The notes beneath the pieces were generated by a model. The model did not search any database, was not told where the DNA came from, and saw nothing but the letters and a program-made list of their open reading frames with translations. 47,455 nt of DNA, from the NCBI GenBank assembly GCA_030167865.1, contig JALAGF010000222.1:1-47455 (forward strand). Direction: 5' to 3'. A program made the position numbers and the translations under genes. This document shows, piece by piece, positions 20,209 to 31,111 of the stretch; the first letter of the stretch is position 1, and each line of letters opens with the position of its first letter. This DNA comes from Craspedostauros australis (Eukaryota).

Positions 20209-23200
20209 ATGGAGGGAGATGACAAGCACTTCATCGAGGCCGCGGCGCTGCTGTCGCACATCCAGATGATGGAGTCGAGGTTGGGATCGATGCAGCACCT
20301 TGGACACCCTCCGCCGCCCAGGATCATCATGTGCCCCATGCCCAATCGTCCATCCGGCTTTCCCAACTCCAACACCAAGGTGGTGTTCGCCACGCTGGTG
20401 TACACGCAGCGCTGCGCCTCCGCTCAGTTGCTCAAGGAATCCGCAGACTTCTCCTCGGTGGGAGCCCCAGTGGAGGTTCTCAGTCTGTCAGGCGACGAAC
20501 AGATCGTCTGCGCAAGGGCGGTTCCGCTGGAAAGCGACTACCTTTCCGCAGAGGACACGCTCATCGTGCCCGATCGCAGCACGTCCATGGAGGAGGACGA
20601 CGATCACGTCGTGTCGTTGATGACGGGAGGCGTGGTCCCCGTTGCTGTGTCTGCTCGTGTTTGCATGATTTTCGGCACCAGCGCGGGCAGGGTGCTGTCC
20701 GTCGAGTTCTCCGTCAACGTGCGGACGATGCATCTCGTGCGGAGGGACAACACCCTGGGCGACGAGATGCTGCCGTACTTCGAGCCACTCCCGCATTCCA
20801 AGCTCACGACCCGGCAGAACCAGGACTACACTCCGGCACCTGCCAGCAAGGCGAGCAAAACATCGCGGGCGCCAGTGCAAGGCGGATTGGGACGTCCGGC
20901 CGGTGCGGCCAAGGTGGTGCCATTCGGTCCGAAGGGAGGTGTCACGGCCATCACTCTGCAGAGCGTAGCATCGCCAGGAGACAAGCGTCCCACCACCTTC
21001 ATTTGGATGTCATTTTCCGATGGTCAGACGATGCGATTGCATCACGCAGGCTTCTTCCCATCGGTGGTGCAGATGCACGACGATGCAAGCAAGCAGTCGG
21101 ACCCGACGTCGTTGGAGCAGCGTTTGTCACAAGGCGAAGATGCCATCCTCAAGCTGCAGCTGTGCGCACCAGATCTCGAGGCCAGCTCGGTGACTGTCAT
21201 TCCGATGTCTGTCGCGTATCCATCACCGCTTGCACCCTTGTCCGGTGACATCATGGATGCGATCATGGGGGATGGCTCGATCGAGGAAGATGAATCCAAG
21301 GCCAACACGGAAGACCCCACGTACGAGGCCATCGCGTTCAGCCCCGACTACATGCTGGATACATTCCCGACCATCGCATACTTCACGTCAGAAGATCAAT
21401 GCCACGGGCAGATCATCAGCGATCCGCTCGACAGCGTCGCAGCACCGGAAGCGAACGTGATTGGGAGCATGTTCGGCGGTGCGGTGTCCTTGCTGGGCGG
21501 CGTCGTCGGCGGCCTCGTCAGCGCAGCGACAGCAACAGTGGTCAAACCGAAGCGTGCTAGCCAAATCGAGGTGGTGGACGCAGCTCCCGAGGGGGCGCTG
21601 CAGGAGTGCCACTGGGATCCGCGCATTCCCTTCCCTTCGATGAATACACGACCGACCTTTCTGTACTGCGGATATGAAACGCACGACTATCCCCGGAGGA
21701 TCACGTCCTGCACAGTTGATCCCGACGGTAAGTTGGCCGCATTCACCGATACGCTGGGACGAGTCTCGCTCGTCGATCTGGCAACGAAGCAAGTCATTCG
21801 CATGTGGAAGGGGTACCGCGAGACGGTGTGCGAGTGGATCGAGATTCCGCAGAACATTGTCGGAGAGCCATGGCGAGCCCCCAAACTGACGTACCTTGTC
21901 ATGCATTCCAAGCAACGGCGCGTTGTCGAGGTTTGGAGGACTCGGCACGGATCCAAGGTCCACAGCATCCAAGTCGGACGAGATGCGCAGCTGGTCCCCT
22001 GCCGCGAGACGTCGCCGGTGGGATACGTCTCTGCGTGCTACCTCGCGCATTCCAACATTGCATTCTCATCGATGAACCAGCTCGAGAAGATCGTCTTTGA
22101 GGAATCCAACACGCCACGCGAAGGCGTCACAACGAGAGCGAGCTACGAGGTGCAGAAACGACAGCCTGAACACTCTCACGACGATGCCGTGCGCCTCCAA
22201 CGTCTCCAGCAGCTCCTCGGCAACACAAACATCGTCTGCCAGTCCATCGACGTCTACAAGGCATTCCAAAACATTGACTCGGTCAAGGATCTTTCCATCG
22301 CGCTCGATCTGATCGCCGTCGCTCCCGTGCTGGAGGAACGAATGGGAGTCGAAGGCTCCACCTTCCAACGACTGGCACTTTCGCATTGTCGCCAAAAGCT
22401 GGATGATGCTGTGCGCAAGGCCAACGGCGAAGCGATTACGAATCCATTCGTCATGATCCTTGCATTCAAGCTGACGTACTTTTCGCAAGTGAGTACCTAT
22501 ATCTTTGAAATGACGTGTATGGTATGATTGTCGGTCTGCATGCATTAGCACAAGTATGGCTACGATGCAGGGCTTGTGTGATGTGCATATATCTGTGTGG
22601 TGGAAATCACCGCTTCAATTTGCCGGCGCTATCCTCCAATCCCATGCTCTGACTCCGTTGATCTCGACGCTTCGCTTGGCAACACTTTTCACCACTCACC
22701 ACCAATAAACCATCAACGCATCGACAACACACTACACGCGTGGCCACGATTGACAGATCATCAAATCATTCGATTTGCTTCACAAATTCGAGCTTGATCC
22801 GCCCGCTCCGGTCAAAGCAAAAGACATTGCACCACAGTCGGACTGGGCGGTCGAAGCCGTCGGATGGACTTCGACGTATGACAAAATCCACAAAGAGACA
22901 GACAGCAAAGACCAAACACAAGAAGCTGTTCTCATGCAAGTCACCAAGTTCTTTGTGTTCGCCAATGCCTGCGTGGCACCAAGGAACAGCCAGACAGACC
23001 AATGCCCGGGTCCGCAACCGGGGTACAAGATCTTCTTCAGCGATAGTTCCAAGACACGCAAAGACGTGCTGATCCACATCTTTCGGCCGTTGTTGGGGGA
23101 TGTGTTTTCGTTTGGCGTCGTCGATGACATGTTCGCGGCACTTGGCCTCACGGCTGAATTGGACTATCTTCAGAAGGTGCGTCGCCGTCGCCGTTACTAT

Positions 23201-25569
23201 CGCCGGAATGCTCGTTTGTGATTGTGATTGTGATTATGCCCGCGTTGACTTTCGTGTTGATGTTGGGGTTGTCATTTTTCAGTGTGATCCCGCCAAACAT
23301 CCCTTTCTGACACATCTCCTCTTTCCATCATCTCCGCGCATTACGGACTCTCATTTTCCCTGATTTTGTTTTGGTTGACCCTGGGTCTTCACCACCGCAG
23401 TGCTTCGGTGAGTGGTTCTTATCGCTCTCGGTGCAAGAGGCCACAGAACACGCCCTCTTCATCACAGAGTCACCCATGTCCCGGTGGCTTCAGGTCATGG
23501 TGGAGAAGCAGATCGCAAACAAGTCCTACAACGATTCAGGAATCTTGATGCATGCTTTGTTTACCTTTTGCAGGAAGTCGGAAGATCTTGTGCGAGCGTT
23601 CTACTTGGCCACGCTATGCCGCGATTCCGTGCTGAAGGTCACAAAAAAGAAAGAAGAAGAGACCTACGGGAAAATATCAAGCGACGAGTTCGGTAAGTCG
23701 TCGTATATGCCATCGCCATTACCATCGCCATGCATGTGTAGTGCTGGTATAGGCAACGTGGGTGATCGTACTGCAGTCGCACTGACGTGTGTCTGTCCTT
23801 TCAATTTGCTGTTTTTCTTTTTTGCCTCTTTGTGGTGCCGTTCCACCGGATGAATTCGCACAGTGGAATCATGGGAAATGTTGCTGCGCAAGCTTCGCAT
23901 GTGCCTGCTGATCACACTGCGGCTAAAGGGCAAACGGCTTGGCGTGGAACCATTGACAGTGTACAGCGCGGAGCGGCCTGGCAACTTTTCGGTGCTGGAA
24001 TGGCTCGCTATGGATGAGCTCGACATCAGCCACAACCAGGATGAGATTTTGTCGCTCGAGAGGGCCTGCAGGATCAGCAGCCATGCCTTCAACCCCTGCA
24101 GCAGGTATGGCGACGACCCTGCCAGATGGAAAGCAATTCAGAAGTCTTGCGTCGCTGCATCGATCAGTGAGGCGGAACGCGCTGAGTACTTGGTTGACTT
24201 TGATGACGCTGAGCGTCTTTGCCCCCTGTTGCTGTACCTGAAGACCTACAACAGGCAGGAGTGGGTGGCAGCACACAGGGCACTGCAGCTGGCATCAGAA
24301 TGGGGTCGCAGCCCCAACAATCTTGACACGTTGGAAGCTGCGGTGGCTGCACTTGGCAGCATCCCAATGAATCACAACTTCAAGGTTCTCGCATGTGCCA
24401 TCCGGCTGGAGCTTTGGCAGAATCGCTTCCGACCGGTCCTCCGCGCACTCCTCTTCGGGTTTGACGATGTGCAAGAGATCAGCTCGGCTGCCGTCGCACC
24501 GCTGATCGAGCGTCGAGAATGGCTGATCAGATTTGGGAAGGAGGCGAATCGTTTTCTCGACGCCCTCTCTGGCGTTGAATGGGAGTACGGCGAAGAACCC
24601 GATGATTTCAAATCATTGCCCATCATCACAGACGACGATGGCGGCAGCAGCATGAACAACAATGAAAACAACACTCACAGCAGTGGCGGTGGCGGCGGCA
24701 GCCCTCCCAGTTCTCCGAACAGGGAGAACAGCAACGCATCGTCGCCATACGCGGAAGAAGGCAAGGAGCAAGCAGATGCACCCGAAAAGCGTGCGAGCGT
24801 TTGGCCGCCCATCCAGGAGGATCACGTGTTGGAGCGCCTGGTCCGGAAATCTCGCAAGCTGGATTCGACCGCAGTCGATGCGCACCGCTCGTTGATCTGT
24901 GCCGTGCTGGTATCTTCCGACACATCGATGCTGGTCGATTGCGTACCAGCCTTTTACGACCTGTTCGGAAGCCAGGCCATCTTCAAGAACATGACGCCGT
25001 TGGAAGATGCAGATGACAAGCGTCATGCGTTCATGCAGGACGCAACAGTGGCGTACGCCAAGCGGTACAAGGGCCCCGCGCTGGACGTGCTCGAACTCAA
25101 TGAAATTGAAACGCTTGCAGACCTTTGGGAGTTCGACATGGTGAATGTGAGGACGCTGTTCCTGCTTGCCATGTACGAGTTCGGCAAGGATCGTTCCGTG
25201 GACGAACTGCTGACGAAGTGTGCTGACACCATCAGCGTCCATCATTTCTGCGAGAACGGAGTGGACATCGTCTGCCGCCGGCTGCATGACATCCTGCACG
25301 TGCGGCAACCCACCGAAGTGCAAAATGTGATGAGCATGCTGGATGCCAACGTATGCGAGCAAATCCGGGAGCGAGCGGAAAGCTCGGAGCCGTTGGTGGT
25401 CGGCAAGCTGAATGTTCCAGTGCAGGACACTCACGTCTTTGCCCTGAGGTTGCTGAGCCTCGCGGCTGTGGCGGAGATCTCGAAGGAGGATCGCATCCAA
25501 ATCCATTCCTTGATCGTTCTGAGCGGATCGCTGGTGAAGGCGGTGGAGGAGGCCATGAGTGCGGAGTAA
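20209..25569 (+). CDS. RAB3GAP2: Rab3 GTPase-activating protein non-catalytic subunit-like protein, 4 exons, ~1565 aa
   Basis: Family motif LAAFTDTLGRVSLVD...IRMWKGYRE...RRVVEVW. Exons 20209-22488, 22757-23176, 23401-23692 and 23864-25569. All introns are GT-AG and join the ORF-track frames in phase. Confidence 0.85.
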
Positions 25570-25788
25570 TGCGCGCTATTAAATCCACTCGTCATCCACG
25601 TACCCATCGTGTGACACAGGAGCAGATTGTGCGATAAGGGCGTATGGCATACCAGCTAGCACGTGTAATGTAGTGCAAGCGCATTGAGTATTTTCAAGCA
25701 GTGGTTCATTCTGAACTTTACTCGATTACTGCTACTCTACGAGCTATGGAAGCACCACCCGAATACGAGTACTCGTATTCATGTTGAA

Positions 25789-26496
25789 TCACAGCATTCC
25801 GAGCCGAATCATTTCCTCCACCCGCTCATCTGGCGACAATCGCGCCAGCCGCTTGCTCACGGCCGATCCACCATCTTCCTTCTCCTTTTGCAACTTCCTC
25901 CACAGCATGTGCGAATCCAGCTGCTTCTTCATCGCCTTGGTCTTTTGCCTGCCGTAGAATCCTGGAATGTGCTCCAGGAATTCCTCCTCCAGCAGCGGGA
26001 AGAAGGCGGCATTGTCGAATCCCAAGAACAGGGATTTGCGCGCCAGTCCGATCCCGCCGTACGACTTCTTGGGCGGCTGGACGAGTTCTTTCGTCCATCC
26101 TTTGGCCTTCCGTTTGCGTTTGGCCTTGCTTGCGCAGAATTTCGGTCCATTGCGATGCGCTCGTTTCATGTTGCGCAACGTGGTGGCCAGGACGTCCAGC
26201 CGATGCTGGTTGAGCTGGTTTGGGACTCGGTGGTGCATCGATGAATTCTGGGATGATGCATTGCCATTCCTGTGTGACGTCCCATCATCTGCAGCCCCGC
26301 CATCACCATCATCGTCATGTTCATCGTCATGTTCATGTTGCTGCTGGTGTTGGGATGTATTTTGCGATTGCTTGCGCTGTGCCCGTTCTTCCCGACGGGC
26401 ACGTTTGGCCTTCCGTTTCTGTATTCGTTCGGACTTGCTAGCCACCTGACTGTCGGCAGCACTTTGCTTGGCAAGCGAGGAGATCCAGCTATCCAT
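25789..26496 (-). CDS. Basic hypothetical protein (~235 aa)
   Basis: Likely ATG at 26496 (MDSWISS...). K/R-rich NLS-like stretches and a globular-looking C-terminus (YGGIGLARKSLFL...EEEFLEHIPGFYGRQKTKAMKKQ...LSPDERVEEMI). Confidence 0.75.
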   Translation of the reverse strand: MDSWISSLAKQSAADSQVASKSERIQKRKAKRARREERAQRKQSQNTSQHQQQHEHDDEHDDDGDGGAADDGTSHRNGNASSQNSSMHHRVPNQLNQHRLDVLATTLRNMKRAHRNGPKFCASKAKRKRKAKGWTKELVQPPKKSYGGIGLARKSLFLGFDNAAFFPLLEEEFLEHIPGFYGRQKTKAMKKQLDSHMLWRKLQKEKEDGGSAVSKRLARLSPDERVEEMIRLGML

Positions 26497-26971
26497 CCTG
26501 AGTGATTCTCTTGCAGTTGCCTTGGTTCGTTTGCGATGGAGCAGTGAGGGGGGCAATCCGACAACAACCCTGTCTCCATCAAATGTTCCTTGTTTGTGTG
26601 TTGCCGATTGAGTTGTTTTGTGGCTTGTTTCAGTTTCTGGGTGGTTGTGGTCGTTCCCCATTCCATGACTTTGCAAATTCCACCCATCGAATTCATTCCA
26701 AATTATGAGTACTAAATTAGTGTATTTCAACTGTTTTCAGATCCCTATTGTACAATAAACATTAGATTAGATGTATCTTGCCAATCCACCGAAACGCCTT
26801 GAAACCAAAGAAACTCGAAGATCGAAGATCCAACAGAGAAGAACTTGTGCAGGCATGAAGAGAGCGCACCAATTCCGCCAACACCAACACCACCATCTAC
26901 ACCAAAGCACCATCCCTTTCCACCCCCATTGCAATAGAGGAACTGCACTGAACAAACACCACGTCCCAGCC

Positions 26972-29900
26972 ATGATCCGGATCACTCGTCGTTGTGCTCG
27001 CTCAGCCGATCTGGCAATCAAGCGCTGCCGCGGACGGCCCATGTCAGCAACCTCCGGCGACAAGTCCAGCACGCCCGGCAAACGCAGGCTTCCTCTCACG
27101 ATCTACCGCAGTCTGCTGAGATGGTGCGATGCCACTTCGCCTGCCATTCCGCTCACGCAGGTCGTGCCGCCCATTCACTTGCGATCGATGCAAATCAACG
27201 CCGATGGTTTGCGCGTGCTGGAACGTGCGATTGTCGACGAGCGCGGTGCCGATGAGCACGCGACGGACTGGGCCAGCCGTTGCGTCTCGCGCGGTCTTCT
27301 CGATCCATCTTCCCAAGTATCCATTCATGACGACCACCTCGATTGGAACATCCGCAATGCGGACGATGCTCGGAAGCTCTTTCAGGTCGTCTTTCGCGTC
27401 AATGCGGGCGAACGCAATCCGGAGGCAGTGCGCGAGCAACTGTCGAATGGATTTGATGTGTTGAAGTCGCTCAACGGATTGACGATGGATCTTTCCAAAA
27501 TTGAGCAACGGCGCGAGCGGAACATGGATCGGGACAACGTGGCATTCAAAGTTGGTCAGATTGTCAAGCACAGAACGGAAGGGTGGAGAGCCGTGGTAGT
27601 GGGATGGAAGAAGTCGGGGGAGGAGGAAGCTGAATCGAATGGCGACGATGGCAGAGATCAGGAAACTGGTGCCGCAATCAACGAAGACCAATCGCCCACC
27701 AGCTTGACCAACAAGTCATACACCGTTGACACCGATGGTGGTGGAAATGTGAAGTACGCGCTGTTGTTGGACACCGGCGATGCGTACCTTCGATCGTCAC
27801 AGTACCACAGCGGAAATCCTTCCACATCCACAGCATCCCTACAAAATGAACTCGCCCTCGTGGGCGATGAACGGTACGTCAAATGCTGCGCTGCGGCAAA
27901 CGCTGGATCATATGGTGGATATCTCTCTGATTTTCAAATGCCTGATTTAAATCGAGTGCGATATTTGTTGCAAGATGCGGATGTTTGGCTGTGTGCTCCA
28001 CCATACGTAGGACAATACGTCCATGGACACGCGCGCTGACGAGCAGATGGATCTTTGTTTACAACTCATACTGCAATCATGCACCCACACTCTGCAGTCT
28101 AGAGTATTCGACCTCACACCAAGCACCACCATGGATGAATCCTCTTCCCTGCTTCCATCCTTCTCTCTCTCTCTCTCCGCTACTACATTGACTTCCACAC
28201 GTACTGCACTTCAGACTCGGGCGGATTCGGAACCTGTTGGCAACCGAATACTTCAATCGCTACGATAACAGCAGCGGCTGCTTCGCTGGAAATGAAAGGA
28301 TACAGTATGAATATCCCATGGATACCCCTGCACCGACAATTGATGACGGCAATGCCTCCCAGGCAACACAGCTGGAGAATTGCCAAATCATCGTTGATAG
28401 GATTCGATCGGAAGCCCAACAATGGTCAAGGGTAATCTTGGATGAGACGTCTGCACCGAATGAACGAAATCTTCCCATCGTGGCAACCATCCTGGACAGA
28501 ATAAATGAATTGGCAGGCAATTTTGACCAGAACGAATCGGCATCGTCATCAGTGACCCTCACAACACAGTTCGCCTTCTCGAGCATCAAGCAGCTCCACA
28601 ACGTGATTGTTGAAGTCGGAGATCTCATGTGGCAACGGCGACGATCTGTTGACAATGCAACCGCGTTCCGGTTTGAGGTCGGCGACGTCGTCAAACACAC
28701 GCAGTATGGATTCCGCGGCGTCATCATCGCCCGAGACCGGAGACCGACGATTGATGTTACTGGCTGGGATGGACTGAGGCATCTTGATCATCCGGAGGAT
28801 CACCCGTTCTACCAGATCGTTCCGGATCAGAATGACTGCATCAAAGCCTTCGGTGGGAGCCGTGATATTCGATACGTCAGCGACATGAATTTGGAGGATC
28901 GCATACCTCCATCGTCCGATGAGGCCAGCCTGGATCTCGATTTGCCGCACGGTTGGACATCGGCATCTGGTGTGTATAAACCCCCGGCGGACACGAAGGT
29001 GAGTTGGTTTCACTCGAATCGCGCCCCGATACTCTGCTCGTGCGCTGCATTCCCCAAAACTTATCGCGATGGCGTTGCATGCTTGCAGTGGCAAGCCATT
29101 TTTCATTTTGAGTTCATTCAATAGATAGCTGCACGCACTCACACCTCGCGTTTTCTTTCTGTATCAATCTTCAGTTCAAATATGCTGTCGGAGGAGAAAG
29201 CGAAGAGACTACAGAGAGAATACTGTCCCAGATACTGGTAAGCAATGCGGATTTGATGCAGTGCGGACTTGATGGAGTTGCAAATTCACGCCGTGCTTTG
29301 CTGCAGAAAACACAATTTCCACGGAAGATCGGCCAATTCGAGATGCCTCTACACTCATCCATGTGTGCCGCGTCATCTTACGGTGCTCGCCAAGACCCAT
29401 TGCCAGTGCACCATACCACACTCGTACTATGCCCTGCCGACAGCCGCTGTTTTGTCTCCACCAACCATGATCGCACTGACTGATGTGAAACATAATTCTT
29501 GATTGATACGATGCCATATCATGATTTCGTGCTGCCACATCGATATCTCAACATTCGTCTGATTCATATTGCAATGCCACACGTCTATTCACAGGAGCGG
29601 ATCGAGAAACTGCTCGTGAGCTGCCAAAACAGTGCACTGCCGTCGCCATCACCAACAGACGAGGTTGCATCCAGCGACGCTTCCAATCCAGCGTTCAGCG
29701 ACTCCCTATCTTGGCTATTGAAGAATGCCGATGAAATGAAGCATGCAGCAGACGTCTCCGATTTGATGAAGGAAATATGGAAGGCCAATGCCGATGCCGA
29801 TCTGCGATACAAGCTCGAACTTGGAATGGAACACCTGCTGGCCAACAGGATCCAGCACGCTTCCACACTGTTTGAGGAAATCGTTCAGATCGACCCAGCC

Positions 29901-30182
29901 TACTCCGAAGCTTGGAACAAACTCTCCATGTGCGACTTCATGCGAGGCAACCTGGTCGCATCCATGGTATGTGCCAAGAAGAGCATCGCCCTTCTGCCTG
30001 GCCACTACCAGGCCATCAACGGTCTGGGATTGGCGCACATGGAGAGTAACCATCTGTCGCACGCCAAGGCTCAATTCGAACATAGCCTGGCGCTCGATCC
30101 GTGGTCCCCTGTGAGCTCTCGCCTCTCACTGGTTATCGACAAATTGCAGGCACAGAATCCGAAGGATGACACTGATGAGTGA
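26972..30182 (+). CDS. Tandem YccV/HspQ-like domains plus C-terminal TPR protein, 4 exons, ~778 aa, possible mitochondrial presequence
   Basis: FKVGQIVKHRTEGWRAVVVGW and FEVGDVVKHTQYGFRGVII...HPFYQIVPD match the YccV-like pattern. TPRs include DPAYSEAWNKL and LPGHYQAINGLGL. Exons 26972-27873, 28215-28998, 29175-29237 and 29595-30182 splice in frame via GT-AG introns. Confidence 0.8.
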
Positions 30183-31111
30183 AGTGCACACCATTCCTAC
30201 CAGTATGTACAAGTACGGGTATAGTACGATATAGCTCGTAGATGTAACGCACGAGCAGCATCGATGGTCATATGGAAGGGAGTGTTATTGCTCCGTGCGG
30301 CGGGCGCACACACGCACGCGCCAGTGTATTGCTATTACACGCTAATGCCCGAACGTGTTGGGATGGTGATGGAGAAATCGTTGTTCATGTTCGTAGTCTT
30401 GGGAGGAATGCATCTCAACAATACTCACCGCAAACATAGAAGGTGCATGTGCATCCAATACATGTACATGGTCTGGAAAGAGTGTCGTGGTTGTCCAAAA
30501 TGGGGCGCCCTGTCCGCAGTGTCCACCTGCCACGAAATGGACCTGTTTTTTTTTTCAGTGTGGGTTGAGGAAGCGATCAAGTGTTCATTCATCGCTAGCT
30601 TCACAAATGTAGAATGCTCTGCGTTTGTTGTGGCCGAATGCAAATTCAGTCAGAAATGCGGTGACAGATGTCAAATCCCCAGAAACTGTGCGTACTTTCC
30701 ATGTATAAATGTACTTGGCCATAAGTATACACGCTGGGGAGCATGCCAGTGACATGCATTTAGTTCCACAAAGATCCAAGGAAGCAAGTCGACAACCATC
30801 CAGCCAAACAAGAAAGGAACGCACACCACGAAGATCTTTTGCCAACGAAAACACAACGCAGACGGTCAGAACTCAGCCAAGAGGACACGCAGACGAAGGT
30901 TCCAGCGCACGACCAGGAGGCTGCGATGCAACGTACCAACAGGAAACAAGAAGCCGACTTGATCGCAGAAGTGTCTTTCTCTCTTGCTTTCCTTGTCCAC
31001 GTCGCCCACGTTGCTCTCGACCTCCCTTCAAGGTGCTGTGAAGGGACACAAAAATTGTAGTTGTCACAAACAACCTCCCAGTCCGACACACACGCCATCG
31101 TCAGCAACACC

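Noticed and set aside
7635-24723. Identical peptide SPPSSPNR after a Gly run in gene 1 (~7635) and the RAB3GAP2-like gene (~24700)
   Set aside because: Short and low complexity, with different codons. Best explained by chance or a generic proline-directed phosphosite.
26497-26971. Longer N-termini proposed by the ORF track for the two divergent genes (from 26730 and 26771)
   Set aside because: They would leave only ~40 bp between the genes. The downstream ATGs give more plausible starts, though this is unproven without transcripts.
30183-31111. Short ORFs and possible nitrogen-regulatory motifs upstream of GSIII
   Set aside because: The ORFs look non-coding, and no specific motif can be supported from sequence alone.
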